From Acidimicrobiia bacterium (GTDB lineage Bacteria; Actinomycetota; Acidimicrobiia; Acidimicrobiales; JANYDT01): 64,000 nt of DNA. The notes under the pieces were generated by a model. The model was not told where the DNA came from, did no database searches, and saw only the letters and a list, made by a program, of their open reading frames with translations. A program made the position numbers and the translations under genes. The stretch lies in assembly GCA_031418775.1 (NCBI GenBank), contig JANOJN010000170.1:34977-98976 (forward strand). The letters run 5' to 3'. Below are positions 1-9,762 of this stretch, piece by piece (the first letter of the stretch is position 1; each line of letters begins with the position of its first letter).

Positions 1-262
1 ACGAACCGGCGGTCTGGAAGTGTCGTCTCTGGTGCCAGCAACCGTGAAGATCATCGGAGCCAGCGCCGTGATGGGTGTGGCGGTCTGGGCCAGCGCCCGA
101 GCGATCAACGCGTCGCTCGACGGGCGCATGCCGCTGGTCGAGGTCGGGGTCAGCGCCGCGCTCGGTGTTAGCGTCTACGCCGTTCTCGGACGTGTTCTCG
201 GGGTGAAAGAGATCGTGTCCGTGCTCAGCAGCGTCCGTCGACGTCTTCCGATGCCGTCATGA
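1..262 (+). CDS. murJ: 3' end of a membrane protein, probably lipid II flippase MurJ/MviN (partial)
   Basis: Two hydrophobic helices plus basic C-tail in ORF 20..262; position upstream of kinase-sigM-trxB matches the conserved actinobacterial murJ locus; the gene starts before the window. Confidence 0.5.
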   Translation, partial: RTGGLEVSSLVPATVKIIGASAVMGVAVWASARAINASLDGRMPLVEVGVSAALGVSVYAVLGRVLGVKEIVSVLSSVRRRLPMPS

Positions 263-383
263 CCCGCCCGCGGATCCCGTTCACCTGCGCCCCGCTACCG
301 TCATCTTCGTCTCCACTGAGGAACCGCCCGATGAGCAAGACCACGACCGTGCCGAAAACTCCGGAACATCGCGAGGACATGTA

Positions 384-1235
384 ATGGCGAACGTCCGAGT
401 CGTCACCGACAGTTCCTGCGACCTCACCGACGAGCAGGTCATCCGTACCGGCATCGTCGTCGTTCCCCTCACGATTCGCTTCGGCGATGAGGAGTTCGTC
501 GACCGCCGTGACCTGACACCCCAGACCTTCTGGGCGAAGGTCGCCGCTTCGTCGACTCTCCCGGAGACCGCCGCCCCGTCCCCGGGCGCATTCGAAGCAG
601 CGTTCCGCCAGGCCGCCTCCGACGGCTGCGCCGGAGTGGTCTGCATCTGCCTGTCGTCCGCCCTCTCGGCGACGTACGCCTCGGCGTCACTCGCCGCGAA
701 GACCGTCGCCGACATCATCGACGTGCGGGTGATCGACTCGCTTTCGATCACGTCCGGCCTCGGAACCATGGCGATCGCCGCGGCCGACGTCGCCCGAGCG
801 GGTGCGAGCCTCCACGACGTCGAGGAAGCGGCACGGTCAAACATCGGTCATACCCGGGTGCTGGCCGCACTCGACACCCTCGACAATCTGAAGAAGGGTG
901 GGCGCATCGGTGGGGCGCAGGCGTTTCTGGGCACGCTGCTCTCCATCAAGCCACTCATCGACGTGAGTTCCGGGTCCGTCGTCGAGGCCGGCAAGCAGCG
1001 CACACGAGCCCGGGCGCTCGCCGCACTGGCCGACCTCGTCAAGGCCGACCTGGCCCAACATGGCACCATCCGCGAACTCTCGGTGCGCCACGGTGATGCC
1101 AAGGACGTCGAAGCGATGCTCGCGTTGCTCACACCGCACATTCCACGGGACCAGATCTCGGTCGGCCAGATCGGTGCCGTGATCGGTGCTCACGGCGGCC
1201 CCGGCGTCATGGGGCTCACCTACGTCGTCAGCTGA
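384..1235 (+). CDS. DegV/FakB family fatty acid-binding protein
   Basis: N-terminal VVTDSSCDL, PETAAPSPG, LSSALSATY, LKKGGRIG and IGAHGGPG motifs typical of DegV; GAGGA RBS upstream. Confidence 0.93.
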   Translation: MANVRVVTDSSCDLTDEQVIRTGIVVVPLTIRFGDEEFVDRRDLTPQTFWAKVAASSTLPETAAPSPGAFEAAFRQAASDGCAGVVCICLSSALSATYASASLAAKTVADIIDVRVIDSLSITSGLGTMAIAAADVARAGASLHDVEEAARSNIGHTRVLAALDTLDNLKKGGRIGGAQAFLGTLLSIKPLIDVSSGSVVEAGKQRTRARALAALADLVKADLAQHGTIRELSVRHGDAKDVEAMLALLTPHIPRDQISVGQIGAVIGAHGGPGVMGLTYVVS

Positions 1236-1362
1236 GCCTGGTTACGACGTCGCAAAGGTAAGGGAGCAGATCATCTGGGACAACAGCGAAGGCGGTGACG
1301 GCGTTCGCGCCGGGGACAACCGACGTCGGGGCGCGGAACGCGACGCGGCTCCCGGCGCGTCG

Positions 1363-2961
1363 ATGAGCAGCGCCGAGATCGGCGACGTGCTCGGCGGCCG
1401 CTATCGGCTGACCCGTCCGATCGCTCGCGGCGGCATGGCCGAGGTGTGGGAGGCCGTCGACTCCACGCTCGACCGTGAGGTCGCCGTCAAGGTGCTCCAC
1501 TCCCACCTCGCCGACGACCCCGGCTTCGTCTCACGCTTCAACCGTGAGGCGCGAGCCGTTGCCCGCCTGTCCCACCCGAACGTGGTGGCCGTCTTCGATA
1601 CCGGCATCGACGCCATCCCCCAGGGTCGTCCCGGGGCCGGACTGCCCCGAGCGTTCCTGGTCATGGAACTTCTCCGGGGGCACTCCGTGCGGATGCTCTC
1701 GCAACAAGGGGTGCCGTTGACCAGAGCGGTCTGGATCGTCGCCGAAGCAGCCAAGGGGCTCGGGTACGCACACCGCCAGGGACTCGTGCACCGCGACGTC
1801 AAGCCGGCGAACATCCTGGTGACCGATACGGGGATCGTCAAGGTCGTGGACTTCGGCATCGCCAAGCTCACCGAGGGCACGGACCGTCCGGGAGAAGACC
1901 TCACCCAGGCCGGAGCGATCCTCGGAACGGCCAAATACCTCTCGCCCGAGCAGGTCGAGGGCGGCGAGATCGATGCCCGGGCCGACGTTTACTCCCTTGG
2001 TGTGGTGCTCTACGAGTTGGTCTGCGGCCGGCCACCGTTCGTCGGAAAGAACGACATGGGCACGGCACTCCAACATGTGAAGGATCCGCCCCCACCCCCG
2101 CGTTCGGTGCGCGCCGGCATCCCCCGATCACTCGAGACTCTGATCTTGCAGGCGCTCGCCAAGACGCCGGAAGGTCGTCCCGCCGACGCGAACGCCTTCT
2201 CGCTCGCCCTCAGCGCCCTCGATCTCACGGCTGACGATGCCGCGCCGAGCGTTCGACGCACGCCTGACGATCAGACGCCGCCTGCCGGTATGGGCCGACG
2301 GCCGGCTGTTGGCCGCACCGACGACGACACCCGGTTCGATGGCGGGACCCGCGTGCAGCCCCCTCCCAGCCGCGGCGTACGGAGCACCACAGCCACCTCG
2401 ACCGGGTCCGGGGGGAGCGGCAGGCGCGTCGTGGTCCGCCTCCTGCTCGCCCTGATCGCCATCGCCGGCGGCATCGGCGGTGGACTCCGCTTCGCCGAAC
2501 GGTCCAAGACGACACCAGCGGCCTCGTTCGCCATCACCTCCATCAGGTCGTTCGATCCGCTCGGCAACAACGAGGAGAACGACGACATCCTGAAACTGGC
2601 GATCGACGGACGGATCGACACCGCCTGGGAGAGTCGCGGCTACCCCACCCGAACCTTGGACGGTAAGGACGGCGTCGGCGTGATGCTGGACCTCGGGGCC
2701 GACCGGACTATTCGTTCCCTCGGCGTGAACTCCTACGACGAGGGCTGGAGTGGTGAGGTCTACGTCTCCAACCGACCCGCCCCTTCGCTCGCCGAGTGGG
2801 GACCGAGTGCCGGCGAGATCCGCAACGCCAACAGCGGAGACTTCACCGTGAAGCTCACACCGACCAACGGCCGCTACGTCCTCGTCTGGCTAACCGATCT
2901 CGGACCCAAGCGGGGTTCGCTCTACAAGGCTGCGTTCAGCGAACTCCGGGTGTTCGGTTGA
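1363..2961 (+). CDS. Hanks-type Ser/Thr protein kinase with TM helix and extracellular beta-sandwich domain
   Basis: IARGGMAEV, VAVK, HRDVKPAN, DFG, GTAKYLSPEQ, DVYSLG motifs; TM LLLALIAIAGGIGGGL; start taken at ATG 1363 within ORF 1186..2961. Confidence 0.92.
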   Translation: MSSAEIGDVLGGRYRLTRPIARGGMAEVWEAVDSTLDREVAVKVLHSHLADDPGFVSRFNREARAVARLSHPNVVAVFDTGIDAIPQGRPGAGLPRAFLVMELLRGHSVRMLSQQGVPLTRAVWIVAEAAKGLGYAHRQGLVHRDVKPANILVTDTGIVKVVDFGIAKLTEGTDRPGEDLTQAGAILGTAKYLSPEQVEGGEIDARADVYSLGVVLYELVCGRPPFVGKNDMGTALQHVKDPPPPPRSVRAGIPRSLETLILQALAKTPEGRPADANAFSLALSALDLTADDAAPSVRRTPDDQTPPAGMGRRPAVGRTDDDTRFDGGTRVQPPPSRGVRSTTATSTGSGGSGRRVVVRLLLALIAIAGGIGGGLRFAERSKTTPAASFAITSIRSFDPLGNNEENDDILKLAIDGRIDTAWESRGYPTRTLDGKDGVGVMLDLGADRTIRSLGVNSYDEGWSGEVYVSNRPAPSLAEWGPSAGEIRNANSGDFTVKLTPTNGRYVLVWLTDLGPKRGSLYKAAFSELRVFG

Positions 2962-2982
2962 CGCTCGTGGCAGGTACCTGCA

Positions 2983-3645
2983 ATGGCGAGCTATCGCACT
3001 GAACCCGACGTCGTGCTCGTCGCCGCGTCACAGCGCGGCGACCGTGACGCGCTCGACGTGCTCCTGCGCCGCCATCACGACCGGATCTTCGCCGTGTGCC
3101 GGCGGGTCACGGGGAACGCCGCCGACGCCGCCGACGCCACCCAGGAGTCGCTCATGGCGATTGCCCGGGGGATCGGCCGGTTCGACGGGACCAGCGCCTT
3201 CACCACCTGGGCGTACCGGGTCGCCACGAACGCATCACTCGACGAGCTCCGCCGACGCGGGCGCCGACCGCTCCCGACCGACGACGATGATCTCGCCCAT
3301 GCCGTCGGGACCGGTCCACGCCACGGTTCGTCTTCGACCGTGAGCGCGTCCGACGTCGAAGCGAGGGTCGACATCGACCGCGCTCTCGCCGGTTTGCCCC
3401 CTGATTGGCGGGCGGCACTCGTCCTCCGCGATCTGTGCGGGCTGGACTATGCCGAGATTGCGGAGGTCCTCGCCATCCCGGGCGGAACAGTGCGGTCTCG
3501 CATCGCGCGGGCTCGTGCCGCGCTTGCCCCGGTGCTCGCCGACCGGGTCGACCGGACCCCGGACGGGGTCGATGACGGTGGTCACGCCGACCACGGGAAC
3601 CACAACGCCGCTCCACGGCGTCCAAAGGACGTCCATGTTGAGTAG
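2983..3645 (+). CDS. sigM: ECF sigma factor, SigM-like
   Basis: Region 2 (DAADATQE, FTTWAYRVATNASLDELRRR) and region 4 (LDYAEIAEVLAIPGGTVRSRIARAR); conserved position upstream of trxB. Confidence 0.85.
   Translation: MASYRTEPDVVLVAASQRGDRDALDVLLRRHHDRIFAVCRRVTGNAADAADATQESLMAIARGIGRFDGTSAFTTWAYRVATNASLDELRRRGRRPLPTDDDDLAHAVGTGPRHGSSSTVSASDVEARVDIDRALAGLPPDWRAALVLRDLCGLDYAEIAEVLAIPGGTVRSRIARARAALAPVLADRVDRTPDGVDDGGHADHGNHNAAPRRPKDVHVE
3596..3623 (+). promoter_or_regulatory. Putative SigM-type ECF promoter inside the sigM 3' end
   Basis: GGAAC-N18-CGTCC about 100 bp upstream of the anti-sigma start. Confidence 0.55.
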
Positions 3646-3720
3646 CCATCGTTCCCGGCACCGCCCCGTCGTTCCCCACTCGGCCGCTCCGAGCACTGGA
3701 CACTGCCCCACCTCCGACCT

Positions 3721-5067
3721 ATGACACCCGATCCGACTCCGCCGGGGATCCACCCCACCGACGCCATGTTGCTGCTCCTCGGCGACGTGAGGTCCGACGC
3801 CGACGCGGCAGAGTTCGTGGCGGAGTTGCGGCTCGAGGCAGCATCGGGGACGGTCGCGGACGACGACCCGTTCGCACCGGCGCTCGTCGCCGACGCGTGG
3901 AACCACCTCGGAGCTTGCGACCTCTGCTCGTCGCGTCGCCTCGCGTTGTTCGTCGAATTGGCCCCCGCCATCTCGTCCACAGCAGCCGACGCCTCCTCCG
4001 CTGCGACGTCCGCACTGGACCACCGGGTCGGCGCCGCCGTCGCCGAGTTGGTGCCCACGGCCCGCGCAGTGCCGGAGTCCCTCGTCCGATCGGTCCCTCC
4101 GCGTCGGCGACGGTTCGCCGGGCGCGGCGAGATCGGGATCGGCGCGGCGTCCGGCCGCGGCGGAGCGGTCACCCACCCGTGGATCGTTGGCGTTGGCGTC
4201 GCCGCACTCCTCCTCGCGGTGGGAGCGGCGTTCGCTCTGCGTCCTCGCACGACAGAGCAGTCCGCCGTCGGCACGGTTCCCCCGCGTGTCGAGCAGGCCT
4301 CCCCCAGCGACACGACGGGTCCCGAGACGCGGGTGTTCGCCGAGACGGAAGCCGCCGCCAGTCCCGGGGCCGTGGTGGCGACGGGTGAGATGGCGGACGA
4401 GACGGCTGCGAGCGCGCCGTCCATCGCGGCCGCCCCGCCGGCTTCAACGCCCACCCCGGGCGTCGACCCGGCAGCGCCCGTGGTCGCGGCTCCTCCTCCC
4501 CCCGCACCCGAGGCCGCCACGGGGAGATCCGCCAGCCCCCCGGTGGCGCCGAGCCCGGCACGCGCCTCGGCCAAGACCGCGGCCGACTCCGCCGACGACG
4601 TAATCGCACCGGCGAAGTCGGTCCAGCCCCAACCGGCGGGGAAGAAGGCGTCTGCCCCACCCACCGTCGCGTCAGCGGCTGTCGCTGCCGCGCCCCCGGC
4701 CGGCGGTTTCGAGCAACTGACGGCGGCGGCCGACCTCGGCACGTTCGCCGATGCCCAGAGCGCCCTCGACCGCTTCGGTGTGCGAGCAACGCCTGTCGTT
4801 CCTGCAGATGGGGCCTCCACTCAACTCGGACAGCAGCCGCAAACGGCGAACACGGCGAGCCCCGCCGCGGCGGCCGTGGCCCCGTCCACCGAACCCGTCG
4901 TCTGCCCGACGATCAAGGGGTCGCCGCGTCTCGCCGCCCGCATCGTCGATCGTCCCGTACTGATCGTCCGCATGGCAGACGCAACCGCCGACGTCGTCCT
5001 CGACGCGGCAACTTGCGCAGAGATCTCGCGACGGCCGGCTCCACCAACGACAGCGCCGGCCGGCTGA
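3721..5067 (+). CDS. Zinc-binding (ZAS) membrane anti-sigma factor with Ala/Pro-rich extracellular region
   Basis: HLGACDLC (HxxxCxxC), TM WIVGVGVAALLLAVGAAFAL, directly downstream of the ECF sigma. Confidence 0.75.
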   Translation: MTPDPTPPGIHPTDAMLLLLGDVRSDADAAEFVAELRLEAASGTVADDDPFAPALVADAWNHLGACDLCSSRRLALFVELAPAISSTAADASSAATSALDHRVGAAVAELVPTARAVPESLVRSVPPRRRRFAGRGEIGIGAASGRGGAVTHPWIVGVGVAALLLAVGAAFALRPRTTEQSAVGTVPPRVEQASPSDTTGPETRVFAETEAAASPGAVVATGEMADETAASAPSIAAAPPASTPTPGVDPAAPVVAAPPPPAPEAATGRSASPPVAPSPARASAKTAADSADDVIAPAKSVQPQPAGKKASAPPTVASAAVAAAPPAGGFEQLTAAADLGTFADAQSALDRFGVRATPVVPADGASTQLGQQPQTANTASPAAAAVAPSTEPVVCPTIKGSPRLAARIVDRPVLIVRMADATADVVLDAATCAEISRRPAPPTTAPAG

Positions 5068-5122
5068 GATGGCGAGGACCGGCGTTGCCGCCACCCCGGC
5101 GGAGACCAGTACGATCCCCGGT

Positions 5123-5425
5123 GTGAGCGAACAGCAACAACCGAACGGCGATTGGGCGGCCCAGCTGGTCGATCAGCTGGAGGGATTCGTCCAAACGATC
5201 AGCTCGAAGACGACCCAGCCACTGCGCACGGTTGCTCGGGCGGTCGTCTATGGCGTCTTCATGACCGGCCTGGCCATTGCCATGCTGCTGTTGTTCACCA
5301 TCGGCGCCGTCCGCGGCCTGACGAACCTCGTTGGCGGGCGGGCGTGGCTCGCCCACACGATCCTCGGCGGAATCTTCGTCCTCGTCGGAATGTTGCTGTG
5401 GCGTAAGCGCCGCGTGCGCGCCTGA
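5123..5425 (+). CDS. Small two-TM membrane protein
   Basis: Two hydrophobic helices; GTG 5123 preceded by a TACGAT -10-like hexamer; ORF track 5069..5425. Confidence 0.7.
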   Translation: MSEQQQPNGDWAAQLVDQLEGFVQTISSKTTQPLRTVARAVVYGVFMTGLAIAMLLLFTIGAVRGLTNLVGGRAWLAHTILGGIFVLVGMLLWRKRRVRA

Positions 5426-5503
5426 CCACACCTTCCACCGCACCCGCCACGCCGGCGGACAGCCGCCGAAGCGGTCCGCTACCCACTGCCTCCAGGAGTT
5501 TCC

Positions 5504-6460
5504 ATGTCCCCGTCCGCCGTCCGTGACGTCATCATCATCGGTTCGGGCCCAGCCGGCCTGACCGCGGCGATCTACACCGCCCGCGCCAGCCTCAAGCCGC
5601 TCGTGATCGAAGGCGAGATCAGCTCGACCGGCGACCAGCCCGGCGGACAGCTCATGCTCACCACCGAGGTCGAGAACTTCCCCGGATTCGAGCACGGCAT
5701 TCAGGGTCCCGATCTGATGATGACCATGCGGGCGCAGGCCGCCCGCTTCGGGGCCGAGTTCCTGACGGCGAAGGTCACCTCGGTCAGCTTCGACGTCCGA
5801 CCATTCGTCGTCCACGTCGGTGAAGACGTCTATGAGGCGAACAGTGTCATCGTGTCGACAGGGGCACGAGCCCTCATGCTGGGCGTCGAAGCCGAGACCC
5901 GGCTGCTCGGCCACGGTCTGTCGACCTGCGCGACCTGCGACGGGTTCTTCTTCCGGGGCCAGGAGATCGCGGTCGTCGGCGGCGGCGATTCCGCCATGGA
6001 GGAGGCCATGTTCCTCACCAAGTTCGCCTCGAAGGTCACCGTCGTCCACCGGCGTGACTCACTCCGGGCATCCAAGATCATGGCCGAACGGGCCATGGCC
6101 AACCCGAAGATCGAGTTCGCGTGGAACAGCCAGGTCGTCGACCTCCTGGGCGACGCCAAGCTCGAAGCCGCCGTGCTCGTCGACACCAAGACCGGCGAGC
6201 AGCGGACCCTTCCCGTGACCGGACTGTTCGTCGCCATCGGTCACGTCCCGAACACGGACCTGTTCAAGGGACAGCTGACGATGGATGACGCCGGCTACCT
6301 GCTTACCGAGGGGAAATCCTCGCGGACGAACATCGAAGGCGTGTCTGCGTGTGGAGACGTCCAGGACCACACCTACCGTCAGGCGATCACCGCCGCTGGA
6401 TCGGGCTGTGCCGCGGCGATCGACACCGAGCGCTACTTGGAGAGCCTGCACGCCCTCTGA
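5504..6460 (+). CDS. trxB: Thioredoxin-disulfide reductase
   Basis: IIGSGPAG, CATCDG active site, VVGGGDSAMEEA, YRQAITAAGSGC; AGGAG RBS. Confidence 0.98.
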   Translation: MSPSAVRDVIIIGSGPAGLTAAIYTARASLKPLVIEGEISSTGDQPGGQLMLTTEVENFPGFEHGIQGPDLMMTMRAQAARFGAEFLTAKVTSVSFDVRPFVVHVGEDVYEANSVIVSTGARALMLGVEAETRLLGHGLSTCATCDGFFFRGQEIAVVGGGDSAMEEAMFLTKFASKVTVVHRRDSLRASKIMAERAMANPKIEFAWNSQVVDLLGDAKLEAAVLVDTKTGEQRTLPVTGLFVAIGHVPNTDLFKGQLTMDDAGYLLTEGKSSRTNIEGVSACGDVQDHTYRQAITAAGSGCAAAIDTERYLESLHAL

Positions 6461-6531
6461 TCGATTCTGGAGCCTTTGCGGGCCCGGCCGAGCGCATTAG
6501 CCCGGTCGAACGGCCCGGGTCGGCTGTTCGT

Positions 6532-6557
6532 GGAATCAATTGCACGGCGCGGGCGTT
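6532..6557 (+). promoter_or_regulatory. SigR/SigH-type thiol-stress promoter upstream of trxA
   Basis: Exact GGAAT-N18-GTT consensus about 90 bp upstream of the trxA start. Confidence 0.7.
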
Positions 6558-6646
6558 GCCACGGATGTAGTCACCGAAGCTTCGCCGGCAACCGGCAGGA
6601 TCGTCGAGCGGCTCAAGCACCCTTCAACCAAAGCGAGAACCCGACC

Positions 6647-6973
6647 ATGGCCGCTGGCATCGTCACCCTTTCCGATAGCACCTTTGACGAGACCATCGGC
6701 TCGTCTTCCACGCCTGTCCTCGTGGACTTCTGGGCGGAATGGTGCGGTCCGTGCAAGATGATCGCCCCAGTCCTGGAAGAAATTTCCAAGGAGCAAGAGG
6801 GTCGAGTGACCATCGCCAAGCTGAACATCGACGAGAATCCTGAAGCGGCACAGCGTTACGGCGTCATGAGCATCCCTACGCTGCTGCTCTTCAAAGACGG
6901 CGAGCTCACCCATCGCACGGTCGGCGCGAAGGGCAAGATGCAGCTGATGAACGAGCTCGATCCCCACCTCTAA
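6647..6973 (+). CDS. trxA: Thioredoxin
   Basis: [16 protein letters not shown]; start at ATG 6647 within ORF 6476..6973. Confidence 0.97.
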   Translation: MAAGIVTLSDSTFDETIGSSSTPVLVDFWAEWCGPCKMIAPVLEEISKEQEGRVTIAKLNIDENPEAAQRYGVMSIPTLLLFKDGELTHRTVGAKGKMQLMNELDPHL

Positions 6974-7068
6974 GCTCCCGTTCGCACCGGCCGAGCGAAC
7001 ACCACAACCAACTCTCGGCGTCTCGGGCATCACGGCAAATGCCCGGGCCGTTGCTGGCGGTGACCGCG

Positions 7069-8001
7069 TTACTCGCTGGCCGGCGTCGCTGGAGTCGCAA
7101 TCAAACGAGAGATCCGCTCGAGGTCGGCGAGGTCGGCAAACTCGATCGTCATCCGGCCCTTGCGGCCCTCTGACAACTCGATCCCGACACGGGTGGCCAG
7201 CAGATCAGCCAGGACCGACTCCAGTTCGAGCAGGCTGGCGGGCTTGGCACGAGCCTCCTTCGCCATCGACGCTCCGGCGGGTCGCTTCCCGGTACCGCTC
7301 GAGCGACTGCCTTCGCGAAGGCGCACCGCCTCTTCGACCGCGCGTACGCTCAGTCCTTCGGCAACGACTCGTCGAGCCTGCATCTCCTGAAAGGCTTTGT
7401 CCGAGGTCCCCAACAGGGCCCGGGCGTGCCCGGCAGAGATCTGTGCGTCCATGATGAGCCGCTGGATCGATGGTGTCAGATTCAGTAGGCGCAGCGTGTT
7501 GGTCACCGCCGCACGGCTACGACCCACCCGTCGGGCGACGTCATCATGGGTGAGGGAGAAGTCGTCGATGAGCTGCTGATACGCCGCCGCTTCCTCGATC
7601 GCATTGAGATCCACGCGGTGCAGGTTCTCCACCAGTGCCTGCTCGAGCGCCTGCGTGTCTTCGGTCGCCCTGATCACCGCGGGAATCACGGTCAGCCCAG
7701 CGCGCTGCGAAGCTCGCCACCGCCGCTCTCCGGCGATGAGTTCGTACTGTCCATCGCTCGCCGGCCGAACAAGAATCGGCTGGAGAACGCCAAGTTGTCT
7801 GATCGAGGCCGTCAGCGAATCCAGCTCGTCGTCAGCGAACGCCTGACGGGGCTGGAACGCATTGGGCCGGATCGCCGTGATGGGCAGTTCGCGAAACAGC
7901 GCCGAGCCGGCGACGTCCTCGCCTTCTCCTCCGGTCGTGCTCGTACCGGAGGGGGGGATGAGCGCCCCGAGACCTCTACCGAGTCCGCTTTGTCGCGCCA
8001 C
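7069..8001 (-). CDS. parB: Chromosome partitioning protein ParB/Spo0J
   Basis: GLGRGLGAL N-terminus, QPR, IAGERRWRA, ENLHRVDLNAIEEA, HTH. Confidence 0.97.
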   Translation of the reverse strand: MARQSGLGRGLGALIPPSGTSTTGGEGEDVAGSALFRELPITAIRPNAFQPRQAFADDELDSLTASIRQLGVLQPILVRPASDGQYELIAGERRWRASQRAGLTVIPAVIRATEDTQALEQALVENLHRVDLNAIEEAAAYQQLIDDFSLTHDDVARRVGRSRAAVTNTLRLLNLTPSIQRLIMDAQISAGHARALLGTSDKAFQEMQARRVVAEGLSVRAVEEAVRLREGSRSSGTGKRPAGASMAKEARAKPASLLELESVLADLLATRVGIELSEGRKGRMTIEFADLADLERISRLIATPATPASE

Positions 8002-8800
8002 CGCTGATCTCCTTTGCTAGTCCTCGATACGCGATCGCCCCACGCGACCCTGGATCGAAGGTGGTGATTGGTTGACCGAACGACGGAGCCTCCGAGAGGC
8101 GCACGCTCCGGGGCACGATGTGGCGGCACACCCGTTCGCCGAAGTGCGCCTTGACCTCCTTGATGACCTGATCCGCCAGCTTGGTCCGGGCGTCGTACAT
8201 CGTGAGGATGATGGCGCTGATGTCCAACGTCGGGTTGAGATTGGCCTGGACGAGATTGACGTTGCGCAGCAACTGGCCGAGCCCCTCTAGCGCGAAGTAC
8301 TCGCATTGGATGGGAACGATGACCTCGGTCGCCGCAGCTAACGCATTCACCGTCAGCAATCCCAGACTCGGTGGACAATCAATGAAGACGAAGTCGAAGT
8401 CCTCGACGACTCGATCGATTGCCCGCTTGAGACGAAGCTCCCGGCTGAAGGCGGGAACGAGTTCGATCTCGGCGCCGGCCAAGTCGATCGTGGTGGGGAC
8501 AACAAAAAGATTCTTCGTCGCCGTCGCCTCAACCGCGTCCTCCATCGGCGTGTCGCGAAGGAGGACGTCGTACACCGATGAGGCCAGCGTCCGAGCATTG
8601 ATGCCCAGTGCAGTGGTGGCGTTACCTTGCGGGTCAAGGTCGACGACCAGAACTCGATACTCGAGTTCGGCCAGGGATGCCGCGAGATTCACCGCCGTGG
8701 TGGTCTTGCCCACACCACCCTTCTGATTTGCAAGCGCCGCTACCCGGGGGAACGGGCGGGCGAACGAATGGGGAGAAGCAGGTGCCGGGGAGGCGGGCAT
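7976..8800 (-). CDS. parA: Chromosome partitioning ATPase ParA/Soj
   Basis: ANQKGGVGKTTT, DLDPQGNAT, IDCPPSLGLLT, PIQCEYFALEG; start ATG 8800 with GAGG RBS (longer ORF to 9037 runs through the parS sites). Confidence 0.95.
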   Translation of the reverse strand: MPASPAPASPHSFARPFPRVAALANQKGGVGKTTTAVNLAASLAELEYRVLVVDLDPQGNATTALGINARTLASSVYDVLLRDTPMEDAVEATATKNLFVVPTTIDLAGAEIELVPAFSRELRLKRAIDRVVEDFDFVFIDCPPSLGLLTVNALAAATEVIVPIQCEYFALEGLGQLLRNVNLVQANLNPTLDISAIILTMYDARTKLADQVIKEVKAHFGERVCRHIVPRSVRLSEAPSFGQPITTFDPGSRGAIAYRGLAKEISGGATKRTR

Positions 8801-8845
8801 GCGATGACCTCGGGGAGTCGGTCGGTCGGTGTGGCCGATAGTGCG

Positions 8846-8861
8846 GGTTTCACGTGAAACG
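8846..8861. promoter_or_regulatory. parS site
   Basis: Perfect palindrome GTTTCACGTGAAAC (8847-8860) upstream of parA. Confidence 0.93.
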
Positions 8862-9020
8862 CCGTCGTCTCCATCGTCGCCGTTCCGCAGCACGAGGTCA
8901 AGGACCCTCGGGGTGTGCAGGTTGTCCGGCGTCGGGCCGCTGCTGCGAGTCGAACGCGAAGCAGTATTGACGTCACTCCGCTTCGTGCGCCGAAGGTTCG
9001 ACGTGGTGCCGAGAGCGGAC

Positions 9021-9036
9021 CGTTCCACGTGAAACA
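9021..9036. promoter_or_regulatory. parS site
   Basis: CGTTCCACGTGAAACA matches the TGTTNCACGTGAAACA consensus. Confidence 0.9.
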
Positions 9037-9069
9037 CCGACCGACAACTCGGCTACGCCCGGAGTCTCA

Positions 9070-9762
9070 TCAGAACAGCGGAGACTTCCCCGGAACGCCG
9101 ACCGCACGCGGGTACTTCGGAGGACAGGTGCGCTCTTGCACAGCCACGAAGAAGCGGAACGTGTGTGGCGCAACGATGACCCGGGCCATGCCGAGTTCGG
9201 CCAGACCTCGATCCGACCAGCGATCGGGCCCTTCCGGCGGTTCCGAAACAACGAGCAGACCGCCCGGTCGGAGGAAACCGGCCGCACACTCCGCCGTGAC
9301 GGCCGGGGCTGCGAACCCGCGGGCGACGACGAGGTCACACACACCACGGAGATCAGGGCGTCGAGCGACCAGTTCGGCGCGATCCAACACCACTTCGCAC
9401 CTGTCCGCCCAACCCAACTGGACCAGCACATCGAGCAAGGTGCCCATGCGGCGCCGGTGACTGTCGACAAACAGCCATTGTGAATCCGGCCATCGATCAG
9501 CAAGAACGAGCCCTGGGATCCCGCCACCCGTTCCGAGGTCAACGACGCGTCGGCGTCCGTGCAACGCGCCGTCGGTCGGCCCACCGACGAGTGACGCCGC
9601 CGACTCAACCGCGTCGCCGAATCCGTGGCTGTGGTCGAGATGGGTCTGGAGCGGACCCGGGCCCAGATAGCCGAATGCCCTCGCCTGGGCGAGGGCATCG
9701 AGAACGCCTGGTGACGCGCCGGACAGGCGCTCTTGTTCAGGCAAATCGGCAGGAGTGCTCAC
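9070..9762 (-). CDS. rsmG: 16S rRNA m7G527 methyltransferase RsmG/GidB
   Basis: VVDLGTGGGIPG SAM motif, RAE, DLVVARGFA, KYPRAVGVPGKSPL C-terminus; synteny. Confidence 0.9.
   Translation of the reverse strand: MSTPADLPEQERLSGASPGVLDALAQARAFGYLGPGPLQTHLDHSHGFGDAVESAASLVGGPTDGALHGRRRVVDLGTGGGIPGLVLADRWPDSQWLFVDSHRRRMGTLLDVLVQLGWADRCEVVLDRAELVARRPDLRGVCDLVVARGFAAPAVTAECAAGFLRPGGLLVVSEPPEGPDRWSDRGLAELGMARVIVAPHTFRFFVAVQERTCPPKYPRAVGVPGKSPLF

Noticed and set aside
8801-9037. 79-aa N-terminal extension of ParA in the ORF track
   Set aside because: It reads through both parS palindromes (MFHVE, VSRET peptides); an ATG with RBS exists at 8800
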